A DNA stretch of 64,000 nt, from contig NC_134847.1 in assembly GCF_965363235.1 (NCBI RefSeq), positions 69,910,935-69,974,934 of the forward strand, in the 5' to 3' direction. Positions 1 through 11,700 of the stretch are shown piece by piece (the first letter of the stretch is position 1; each line of letters starts with the position of its first letter). This DNA is from Mytilus galloprovincialis. Lineage: Eukaryota. Both the position numbers and the translations under genes were made by a program. The notes under the pieces are model-generated. The model did no database searches and had not been told where the DNA came from. It saw only the letters and a program-made list of their open reading frames with translations.

Positions 1-879
1 AAATGCCTGCAGCAATAATAACCTGAATTGAATATATTTGTATACTATGAAAATAAAAACTTCTAAAAGTGGTTCTTACTAATCTTTTCATCTCTATCGG
101 GAATTTTCAAATAGAAAAGAATGGAAAGCCAAGGATTTTTTACTACCTAAAATGGTATGTTCTTTATGACTGTTTAAGGTCAAATTTGCTCGCGGGAGAT
201 GGAATCTTAGTTACTTGATAATTTATGAATTTGTAAACGGAGAATGTAAGTAAAGAATGTTATAAAGCACTTATTACCGAGTTGATTATACTCTCGTGAG
301 TTAAAAGCTTAGCAGCAGTTGTATTTATTTATTCTTACTATTCAACGGGACTTTCAGATGAACTGGTGGTATCATGAGGTACAGATTTGTTTAAATAATG
401 AAAGTCGGAATACCAGTAGAGAACGACCGACATTCAGCAGGAAACTAGAACTCTAAACATGTATTTTGACGGGAGCTAGAAATGAAAATAACATCTTATA
501 AATTATAATCACTTCTAACTCAAATTGATAAATTGTTTTCCAAGATTTCAACATAAAGTAGATTCGGATAGATAAAGGCAACAGTTGTATACCGCTGTTC
601 AAAACTCATAAATCCATGGACAAAAAACAAAATCGGGGTAACAAACTAAAACCGAGGGAAACGCATTAAATATAAGAGGAGAACAACGACACAACACTAA
701 AATGTAACACACACAGAAATAGACCAAGCATCAGACAAAATCCCACGAGAATAACAAATATAACATCAAAATCAAATAAATGAATTTGGGATAGACAAGT
801 ACCGTGACACGTCTTATCGCAATATGAAATTACACTCAAAAATAAGAGAAAACAAACGACTCAACGTTAAAATGTTAGA

Positions 880-1065
880 CCCTGTTCACACTAGCATTTT
901 TTTTTTATCGATCTTATTTGCCGTATTTGGCACAACTTTTTTGAATTTTGGATCCTCAATGCTCTTCAACTTTGTACATGTTTGGCTTTATCAATATTTC
1001 GATTTGAGCGTCACTGATGAGTCTTATGTAGACGAAACGCGCGTCTGGCGTACTAAATTATAATC
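880..1065 (+). repeat. Copy of a dispersed repeat carrying a hammerhead ribozyme motif (retrozyme/SINE-like). A degenerate paralogue lies at 6841-6980.
   Basis: About 120 bp is shared with 6861-6975 (atcctcaatgctcWtcaactt...gagcgtYaCTGATGAg...gaaacg.gcgtctggcg). ORF 824..1063 lies inside it and is not coding. Confidence 0.5.
1008..1053 (+). ncRNA. Type-I hammerhead ribozyme core: CUGAUGA, helix II GUC/GAC, GAAAC, helix III ACGC/GCGU, and a GUA cleavage site after 1052.
   Basis: CTGATGA at 1014-1020. Then gtcttatgtagac (3-bp helix II with a 7-nt loop), cGAAAc, acgc-gcgtctg-gcgt (helix III), then tA|C. The core order and spacing match Schistosoma and retrozyme HHRs as recalled. Helix I pairing with the upstream gatttgag is imperfect. 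Confidence 0.55.
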
Positions 1066-1079
1066 CTGGTACTTTTGAT

Positions 1080-1860
1080 AACTATTGAATCGATCTAAAT
1101 AAAACCAGTTAGCGTTCACATTATCTTTAATCATATCGATCTATATCGGTCTAATATGAACCACTGCGTTCACACTACAATTAAAAACGCAATCGATCTA
1201 ACCTTTTTGCCCGTAAAACTGTAAACACTGTGTATAAATAGAACTGATTTATCAAATTCATGTGCTGATACACTGATACACACACTTGGAAAAAAAAATT
1301 GGATAAAGTTATTGTTTCTCTTGAATCACAATTTAAAATTTTGATACTGGTGTTATTGCAGTTTTCTTTAATTTTGAAAAAAATAACTGTAGCAACGAAG
1401 TTACAACACGACGCCGGAAATACTGCGGTTCCTGCAAAGAAAAAAAATCAACATAAGAAAAGAAGACACAGATTTCGTAAATCTATGCTATGGCGAAGAC
1501 AACATGTTTACAGTTTGTTTTAAAGGTCTTTTAACAGAGAAATATGGGTTAAACACCGAACATCTGAGATAGTTTTGCCGCTATACATGCGCAAACGATA
1601 TTTTCGATTCAATCGTACTAGTTTAAACCGATCTCTGCGTTCACATCTAAAGTAAGATCGGTTTACTTTAGATCGATTCAAACTAAACTACCTCTTTTGG
1701 TGTTTTAGTTTAGACCGATTGAAGATCGATTCAATGCGTTCACATTAGCCCTTAAACCGATCTAAAGTGAACCGGTCTAGTTTAAATCGATAAAAATGTC
1801 CTAGTGTGAACATAACCCGAATAATCCAGTCGTTATATTCCGACTCACTATCGATCGCTA
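1080..1860. repeat. Cluster of short direct and inverted repeats (GCGTTCACA, AACCGATCT, GATCGATTCAA motifs). Hairpin-rich, foldback-like.
   Basis: gcgttcaca occurs five or more times. tgtgaac also appears in inverted orientation. aaaccgatc...gatcggttt and ttagatcgattcaaactaaac / gtttagtttagaccgattgaa are inverted pairs. Confidence 0.4.
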
Positions 1861-2885
1861 CATTAACCAATATGAAAAACTATATCTCAAAAGTAAGATA
1901 GAATTAGGATTGAATTAAGATTATAATAGAACTAAATACTGATATAAACACATAGAGTTAGAGCAAAGACATCATATGCAACCAACAAACAGCTTAACAT
2001 GTGAAATGACAAAAGCGAAAGACGAACTGCAAGTAAAAAAGTAAGATGACATAAATACCAAGGTTCCTAGGAAAATTTCAAAACAGAATTCCAACAAATG
2101 GCAAATAAAAATCTCAAATACATCAAACGATTGGAAAACAACTGTCCTATGCCTGACGTGGTATAGGTATTTCCTAATGGCTAATGTAGAAATGATTGAT
2201 AAAAACTGGTTTCATTTGGTGCACGACCATAAGTGTCATAAACATAGACGCAATGTTTATGTCGTGTACATTTTTTTATGTTGTACAGCTTATTACCTGT
2301 ACAAAAACATTGTAAGAGTAATTACTTGTAGATTTTGTTCATATAAACTACTGTGAGTTCAGTAGAATATTAAAAATTTAGTTTAACTGATGAAAATATT
2401 TCCTCAATTTCTATCTAAACTATCATGGATGGATTTTGAAAACGACCCATTAGTTATTTATTTGAAACAAAATATGGAAAGATGATTTCAATGCATATTA
2501 TGTTTCTCCTTTTATATTCCCTTATTATTAAAATAAAAATCCTCGAAAGAAAAATCAATATGATTTTAGAACTTTATGCTTCAGAAATTTAACATTAAAG
2601 ATCAGAAATTTTGTTCTTCTGGTCCTACATAATATAGGCTATGTTATCATGCGAAAAATTACATGTCAAAAGAAAAATGTTAATTTTACATTGACAGCAG
2701 AGCTGGATAGATCTCTAAAACAAGATACCTCTGTAAAGTCCATGTGAAACATTGTTACATATTTATAGATTGTTTTCAAGTTCTGTCCTCTATTATTAAT
2801 AAAAGTCATTATCGTTTGATTTTAAAGACAACGACTTTGTAAATAAAAATGTTCATTATTCAAAAGCAATAAACAGGTAAATATA

Positions 2886-3340
2886 AAAAAGAAGATGTGG
2901 TATGATTGCCAATGAGACAACTATCCACAAAAGACCAAAATGACACAGACATTAACAATTAACTATAGGTCACCGTACGGCCTTCAACAATGAGCAAAGT
3001 CCATATCGCACAGTCAGCTATAAAAGGCCCCGATAAGACAATGTAAAACAATTCAAACGAGAAAACTAACGGCCTTATTTATGTAAAAACAAATGAACGA
3101 AAAACGAATAAGTAACACATAAACAAACGACAACCACTGAATTACAGGCTTCTGACTTGGGACAGGCACAAACATAAATAATGTGGCGGGGTTAAACATG
3201 TTAGCGGGATCCCAACCCTCCCCTAACCTGGGACAGTGGTATAACAGTACAACATAAGAACGACCTATAAAAATCAGTTGAAAAAGGCTTAACTCATCAG
3301 ATGGACAAAAATACAAGTGGACGTGGCCCGGTACTTATAG
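2886..3340 (+). mobile_element. SINE-like interspersed repeat, full-length copy, with head AAGATGTGGTATGATTGCCAATGAGACAAC.
   Basis: Near-identical over about 450 bp to 49295-49760. Minus-strand ORFs 3053..3316 and 49486..49752 encode the same peptide, which is a repeat artefact. Confidence 0.55.
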
Positions 3341-5162
3341 AATACCTTCTCATAAGTTTTGCACGGGATACATTAACTAAAGATCAAGGACCAGTAAATG
3401 ACCAGTCCATAGATTTTTTTTTTGAATTTACAACTCAATTAGATATTGATAATATACATCAGAAAAAAGTATATGTCACCGACTTCGTTTTCGAGAAAAA
3501 TCAATTTTTAAAATGGTCCAATAGGGTACTAAATAACATTGAATATATAGGGAAAATCAATATTTTTCTTCAACAATTTTCGTTTTCCTGAATAAATCAC
3601 TTGAACCACTCCATAGAAATTTTTTTTAAATAAAATGTTCTTCCTCTTTGTCTAACAAATTAGATGATGTTAAAAAATAATATGGTCACCGACTTCGTTT
3701 TCCCTGTAGAAGCGACGCAAACTCAACATTTTGGTAAAAAAAAATCAAAAATCTTAACGTCGTCATTTTTATTACATAACGTCAAGTTATCATGCTAATA
3801 ATTTCCAACGTTCTTCGTGTTGATTATGCACGATGATTATGTGTTTTGTGTTGATAGATTCTTTTTATCATAAGAGTCTGGAAATCATCATTAGTTTTTA
3901 TTTTGTATTACCAGTATTCTTTAATAAATATTCTTTATATTTTAGCACCCTATTATCCTCTTTCTTTTTAATCTTTTTTGTCTTTTTTTCGGAAATTTTT
4001 GCCCGTTATTCTGTATTCCATAAACCCTTAATCATACCCTCTTTTATGGACACGTATTTAAAGGAAAGAAAATATTATGTTCATTATCAATATGTATATG
4101 TTTAAGACAAATACTTATTTAGACAAAAATACTTTGTAAGTACATACACGTAAAGTTTTGCACGGGATAATTTGATGCTAATATGAATTTGGGGCCACCA
4201 AAATATTTTGAGAAAGTTAGTAAGATAAAGCCATCTTCTGTCATATAGATATTATGAAATGCATGTAAGCAACATACACAAAAATTGTATGAACATCTTC
4301 GATTTGGTTATTTTAAAAAATCACAATACAATATTATACATATCAAGACATCATCGTTAGTATCAAAGAATATACCCAACTGAGGTTAAAATTAAGTTAA
4401 TAAAAACAAAATTTAAAAAAAGTTAAAATGTTCTTAATTTTCAATATCATTTCGCAGTGAATAAATCTGAATATAAAATACACAACATGGTTCTAAAGTT
4501 TTTTTTTAATGATATCATATGTGTACACTCTAAACTTTCGACATGTGATGAACGACTCTGGCAAAAAGTGCCTCATGATAAAGAGTTTTGGCAAAGTTTA
4601 ATGACGACATTCATCGTCATTTATATTAACTATAAATCTATCATTATCAGGAGAGTGGACAAAACCTTGAATATCTTATGTGCTTCATTTTAAAATATAT
4701 ATTTTATATATCATATACATAACACAGTCACTGAAACACATGAGGATTCAATGTAACATAGGCTTTTATCATTCATGTTTTGGATAGAGGATGCTTGCGT
4801 TTTTTCCAAAGAGAAACAATTTTTAATTTAAAAAAAATCTTAACTAACAAACACCAACAGGAAATGTGTTTTGAAACTCAATGTTGTATTTCTCCTCTCA
4901 TCCTTTTATGCTTAAATACAAAATATGCAAACAAATCCTTCTCATAACTGTAGTGCAATGATATTGGTAATTATATAGTAGCAATTCTAATTCCAACGTC
5001 AAATGATTCCCATTGGACGATTCAAACATAACTCATTCATTTGTTTATTCCTAATATTTAAATTCATTAATTATTCATAATTATAATAATACAGGTACGT
5101 GAGTGACAATCTGCAAGAAATCTTGCAAAGACGATACGAATTTTTCGTAGAAATATACACTG

Positions 5163-5489
5163 ATGGCACCTGGTGATAACATGTTTATAGTTAAATATGT
5201 TTTGTTCTTTTTAAATGTGTTCAGTCCGGGTCAAACTGAAACAAACATTTTTCGCATTCACCCTGATCGGCTTGATTCTAAGCTGCAAGGATACATTTAT
5301 TTAACATTTGAGAAAATATCACCGAGGTTATGCTTTAACAAATGTATACGGAGGCCAAATTGCCACTCGTACAACTATAATAAAGCTGTGCTGACATGTG
5401 AACTAAATAACAAGCCAAAATCAGTATCTACTGAGGATTTCTATTTTCAGAAAGGATATGTATATGTTGAAATTGACCAGTACAGAGGG
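5163..5489 (+). CDS. Mucin-like gene exon 1: start codon, signal peptide and a PAN/apple-like 4-Cys module.
   Basis: ATG at 5163, with a second ATG at 5181. Hydrophobic MFIVKYVLFFLNVFS. RLCFNKCIRRPNCHSYNYNKAVLTCELN. Donor GTATGT at 5490, phase 0. Confidence 0.6.
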
Positions 5490-6184
5490 GTATGTAAAAA
5501 TTTCATATGATAAGGAAAATAATATCTTTTTACCTATGTTTTTCGAATTATTGTACTATTCTGAAAGAAAGTTTAGTTTTGAGCATTGCGCGTGATTCGT
5601 TATGACAGGAATATAATTAGAGTCATAATCAGTTCTAAACTAAAGCATGGATATATTTTTTAAAGTCACATGAGACTTTAGATTAAAAAACAACGTTGCA
5701 TATGTTTTATATACTAACATAAGACCAAGTTTTATAAAACAAGTGTACATGGACCTTCTTTTGAAAGAAAATTCTTTCTCCTACCACATTCTTCAGAAAT
5801 GTAATGCGATTGAATTGTTGTCTTCCCGTATAATAATTCGCCTTTAGCTTTTCCATATGCAGTTAGCATATATAGCAACGAGTCAATCTTTAGTAATTCG
5901 GTAACCTCACAGCGCAAGTGAGAGAGAGAGAAACGAGGCGAAAGAAAGGATACCTTAAATAAATGTAGAGGTTAGATCATGTATATTGATTCTAAAAGAA
6001 AAAACACAAATTTTAAGTTACACATATTATAATACAACAGACGCTTTTGACATAGATCGCTTTTTTTAGTATGTTTTCGGTGTTTGAGGTTTTATGTTAA
6101 ATTTTCTTAATTATTTCTACAAGTTTTCACATATTTAATGCATTGCTGCTCTCGTCTTTCCAATTTTATAATAAAAGTAGTTTA

Positions 6185-6722
6185 AGGGGCTCGCGGGTCT
6201 AAATCCATTTTATTTAATTTAATATAGGATTTCTCTATATTTTTTTTATAAATGAATTTTATCTTATACTTAATAGAAAAATAGAAAAAAAAATGGGGTC
6301 ACCGTTCATTTACCCTCACAATCTGCCTTCGAAAGAAGCATACATTTTTGTTAATGTCCTTTTTTCTGTTGAAATAATAGGAGAAATAGCGGTAATATCG
6401 ATATAAAAAAAGAACTAAATTACAGAAATCGCTAAAATTTTACAATTATTTAGTTTATGTACAGCTTATTCGAAAACAACCTTAAAAAATTATAGGTCAC
6501 CGATGAGTAAAAAAAGATATTTCAATTTTAATGTCAAAAAATGGCATTTTTGCACAAAAGGGAGATAATTTAGAGCTTTTTCAATGATATGTACATTTTA
6601 AAAGTCACCTGGGGCCAACACGAATTGATTTTTGAGAACAACTACTTAAGGTAATAAATAAAATTTGTAATGAAAAATTAATGTTTAATTTTTTTCTGAA
6701 CATCTTATACCCGCGAGCCTCC
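6185..6722. mobile_element. MITE of about 540 bp with 17-bp TIRs (TTAAGGGGCTCGCGGGT ... ACCCGCGAGCCTCCTTAA), TTAA-flanked, lying in mucin-gene intron 1.
   Basis: The inverted termini at 6185-6201 and 6706-6722 were read directly. TTAA sits at both ends, which is piggyBac-like target preference. Confidence 0.55.
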
Positions 6723-6840
6723 TTAAGTGTTGATATGATCATCGGTATGGTCATTATTTTAAAATAAATGTTTACAATACTTTGAATTTTTAAAATAAGT
6801 ATGCTTTTCTATCTCTGGAATAGATTACTTTGACTGTATT

Positions 6841-6980
6841 TGGCAACAACACTCTAAGGATTTTTTTTTATCCTCAATGCTCATCAACTTCGTACTTTAT
6901 TTGGCCTTTTTAACTTTTAATAATTCGAGCGTTACTGATGAGCCTTTTTTAGATGAAACGAGCGTCTGGCGCAAATACAA
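6841..6980 (+). repeat. Degenerate paralogue of the hammerhead-bearing repeat. CTGATGA and GAAAC are retained but helices II and III are disrupted.
   Basis: gagcgttaCTGATGAgccttttttagatGAAAcgagcgtctggcgc. Pairing is lost relative to the copy at 1008-1053. Confidence 0.4.
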
Positions 6981-7199
6981 AATGTCAAAGATGAATTGGT
7001 GAATGTTATGTAATTGTAAGATCTCACGGATGAGGATGAGCAAAAACACATTGAAAAGTGGAATAATTATCTATCCAGTTGGTTTTTTTTCAATATTAAA
7101 TATTGGCCTTGTTTGTTCATTGTGAAGATCATTAAAGACACCAGCGGTTACATTGGTATTATATACTTTTATCTCATGATTCCGTCTCAATATTTTCAG

Positions 7200-7293
7200 G
7201 ACTCGCTACTGGATCCATGTCATAGAAAGCCCTGCCAGTCAGCAGAGATTTGTGAAATAAAACTGGATGGAAACACATTTTGTGTAAAAGATA
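7200..7293 (+). CDS. Mucin-like gene exon 2: EGF-like Cys module (DPCHRKPCQSAEICEIKLDGNTFCVKDS).
   Basis: Acceptor tattttcag at 7199 and donor GTAAGT at 7294. Phase-0 entry matches exon 1. Phase-1 exit (a) joins AA of exon 3 to give Lys. Confidence 0.55.
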
Positions 7294-8726
7294 GTAAGTA
7301 CACAATTTAAGATAAAGGTATCTTTGATTATCTGAAACATTTGTAAAATTTCTGTTTTGTGCATGATCAAAAAGATTTTTTGTTGTAATGAATTTAGAAA
7401 AGGGAGGGAAAGGTTAGGTGGAATAATTCTTGCCTTGATTTTTTCATACTTAACAAAAGAGTTAATGTCATTTTTTTTTAAGAAACAATGATTATAAAGG
7501 CAATGATGCTATAGTATAAAAACAATACGTTTATCAAAATAATTAAGCGTCTAATGATGGAACGACTAGTAATTTTAATATTTATTGATAAAGTTTTATC
7601 ATTGTCATTTAATGATTATAACTTTTGACATAGTACTGTCTAACCTACAAATACTATGCCATCGGATATAATAAAAAAATACGAAACAATTCGAAAGTAA
7701 AAACCAACGGCATGATTTATTCAAAAACAACAAATAAAGCACAATGTATGTTTGATAGGAAAAAGCAAAAAAAAATAACGCCGTGTCTTTAAAAACATTA
7801 GGACGAAATTCCAATAACGTTGTTGCCTATAGCACTTCGTAAAAATAGCAGCATGCAACATAAAAATAATATGACAAAAAATTCCGAACTCCAAGGAAAA
7901 TTCAAGTCGGAAAGTCGCTTATCAAATGGCAAAATCAAAAGCTCAAACACATTAAAGGAATAGATAACATCTGTCATATTCTTGACTTGGCACATACATT
8001 TTCTTATGTAGAAAATGGTGGATTGAACATGGTTTTCTAGCTAACTTATCCTCTCTTTTGTATGGCAGTCGCTTAAAATTGCAATATATTGACAACAATG
8101 TGTGAACAAAACAAACAGACTTAAATGATAGAAATGTCAAAAACTGAGTAGTCATTCTTGTGTTAAAATTTAATTACTATAAAAACAAACAACTCTGTCA
8201 ATAAAATGGCCAATAGCACATCACTTCAGCCAAAATGGAAGACAAGAGTACAAAAAATGTTCATAGCACAATACAAAAATGACTGGATATTAGTATATGA
8301 ATACCGAGGCATGTCAAAAGAATTTCAGGGAAAATGGACTTAACAGTATAGGCTAAAGATATTCATATACAAGTAAAAGAACACGTCGCAAAACATTGAA
8401 ATTGAACGTTTAACAGTCGAGTACGATCCAGATTTGGCTGAAAATCAAACAAAAAGTATGATCAATGCCGATTTTTACATCTAGTTTGATTAATCTTGAG
8501 AGGAATAATTATGCAAAGTGTCTTCATGTAAATCAAGAAACATGTTCTCCGAAGTCACGTAAGATAGTTTCGGCCCTATTAAAATATTTTCTCAGCTCTT
8601 ATCTTTTACATGATATAGAATCAGATAACATGCCTATTGCCTGCAGCCCATTTATAAAAGGTTTTACTTAGAGCAACAACCAGTGAGAAAAGTATCATAT
8701 AGTGAAGTGTATTTACTCTTTTTCAG

Positions 8727-11700
8727 AACCTATTACCACTACAACAAAAGACAATACAAAATTTCTCAATACTGGTACTTCAACAACGCAAATGAAAACA
8801 CTAACATCAATTTCTCGAATAGCCACAACAACTGAAGCAGCTAAAACCGTCACGTTTGATACTACTGCTGAGATACCATTAACAACAACCAAAGGTACAA
8901 TTGTCTCTGAGACCCATAGATCAAAATCTTACAAAACAACTCCTACAACAGCAACAACTTTGCTAGAGACAACCGCTTATAAATCATCGGTCTCTCCAAT
9001 TACTCATGACCAACCAATGGGATTTGCAGACACTATAGCTAGCTCTATGGCGCCAACAAAAATATTAACATCCCTCTCTGACATTCAGACGATTGCCTCT
9101 TATACAGATGATACGACTGTGACAGACACATCAATTGATACAGATGCTTTCGCAGCGGCAGAAAACATCGAACTTATTTCTAGATATAGTACTACTGGCA
9201 TTACCACTAAGACTATTGACAAAACCGATGATATTCTATTGACAAACACAGAAGGTACTACTGTATCTGAGACTCATAGACGAACATCTAATGATGCAAA
9301 TCTTCAAGTAGCAACAACATTGCTAGACACAACAGCTGAGCAAGCTTCAGTCTCTCTAATTACTGACATTAGACTGATGGAAACTACAAACACTATAGTA
9401 AGCTCAGTAACCCCAATAAAAACGTCAGCATTCATTTCTGAGAGTCATACGATTGGCTTTTTAACGATTGATGAAGCTCCTGTCACAACTGCCAAAACCA
9501 TTGAACTTACATCTATATATAATACTTCTGGCACTACCGCTGACATTCAATTGACAAACACAGAAGGTACAACTGCCTCTGAGACACAAGGACCAACATT
9601 TGACGAAGCAACTTACACAGCAACATCAACATTGCTAGAGACAACTGCTGCTAAAGCTTCGAGCTCTCCGATTAATTATGATAAACAGAATGAAATGACA
9701 GACACTATAGCTAGATCAGCAACGCAAACGAAAACACCGGTGTTTATTTCTGAGAGTCAAACGATTGGCTTTACAACAGATGGTAGTACTTTGACAGACG
9801 CAATAACTGATAAAGATACTAGTACTGTCACATCCGCAGACACCATAAAACTTACTTCTATATCGACAACTGGTGGCACTACCACTAACACTGTTGGTAC
9901 TTCTGCCCAACAGCCGTTGATAAAAGCCGAAAGTACAACTGTCTTTGAAACTCATGGGTCAACATCTGACGAAGTAACTCGCACATCAGCATCAACGTTA
10001 CATAAAACAACCACTCAAGCTTCGAACTCTCCGATTACTAATGATAACCAGACGAAAACAATAGCAAGCACAACAAATCCTGGGAGTACACCGCCATTCA
10101 TTTCTGACACTCAGACTATAGGTACTAAAACAAATGATACGACTGGTACAGCCGCAATAACTGATGGAGATACTGTTACAGCCGCAGAAACCTTCCAACT
10201 TACCTCTTTATCTTCTAATACTGTCACTTCCACTAAGACTGTTGGTACTACTGCAGACACACCATTGACAAACACAGAAGGTACATTTACTGTCTCTAAG
10301 ACTCATAAATCACCGTCTGACGAAACCACTCAAAGAGCTGCAGCAAACTTGCTAGAGACAACCGCTGATCAATCTTCGGTCTCTCAGATTACTAATAACA
10401 AATTGACAGAAACGACGGAAACCATAGCTAGACCAGAAACGCCAACACAAACGTCTACATCCATATCTGACAGTATGGCGATCGGCTTTACAACAGATGA
10501 TACTACGGCAACAGACACAACCACTAGTGAAACAACTGTCACAGCCGCAAAAACTATCGAACCCACTTCTTCATCAAATATTGTTGGCACTACAACTACC
10601 ACTTTTGGTACTACCGCAGAAAAACGGTTGATAGACACCGACGGTACAACTACTGTTTCCGAGACTCATGAATCACCATTTGACGACACGGCTCACACAG
10701 CAGCAATATCATTAATAGAGACTACCGCTGATCAAGCTTCGAGTTCTCCGATTACTTATGATGAACCGAGGGAAATATCGAACACTATAACTCACTCAGC
10801 AACGCCAACAAAAACAGCAGCAACCATTTCTGAGAGTCAAACAATTGACTTTACAACAGATGGGAGCACTGTGACAGACGCAATACCTGATGAAGATGCT
10901 GTCACAGCCGCAGAAACCATCAAACGTACTTCTATATCGTATAATGTTGGCACTACCACTCACATTGTTGGTATTTCTGCCGAAAAGCCGTTGATAAATA
11001 CCGAAGGGACAACTTTCTTTGAGACTCATGGGTCGAAATTTGACGAAACAACTCGCACCGTAACAACAACCGCTCAGCAAGCTTCGTACTCTCCGCCTAC
11101 TTATACAAAACTGAGGGAGACGACAGAAACAGTGGTTGGCTCAAAAACCCAAACGAAAACACCGGCATTCATTTCTAACACTCAGCCAATTGGCTCTAGA
11201 ACAGATGATACGACTATGACAGACACAACAATTCGTGAAGTTTCTGTAACAGCTGCAAAAACCATCAAACTTTCCTCTATATCAAATAATATTGGTACTA
11301 CCGAAGAAACCCCATTGATAAACACCGAAGGTACAACTACTGTCTCTGAGACTCACGAACTAGCATCCGACGCAACAACTCACACAGCAGCAACAACCTT
11401 GCTAGAGACAACAATCGAACAAGCCCTGGTCTCTCCGACTACCAATAATAAACTGAGGGAAATGACGGAGACTATAGCTAGCACAGCAATGCCAATTAAA
11501 ACTCCAGCATTCATTTCTTCCAGTCTGACGATTGGCACTACGACCGATGAAACGACTTTGACAGCCACAACTATAAGGGAAGCTATTGTCACATCCGCAA
11601 AACCAATCGAACTTACCTCTATATCTTATGCTGTTGACACTACCACCAACACTATAAGTACTCCGTTGACAAACACCAAAGGTACAATTGTCTCTGAGAC

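Noticed and set aside
824-1063. ORF 79 aa (+).
   Set aside because: It overlaps the hammerhead-bearing repeat, and the paralogous copy at 6841 does not keep the frame.
3053-3316. ORF 87 aa (-) and its twin 49486..49752 (-).
   Set aside because: Both sit inside two copies of the SINE-like repeat. Identical peptides come from the repeat, there is no coding context, and other family copies do not keep the frame.
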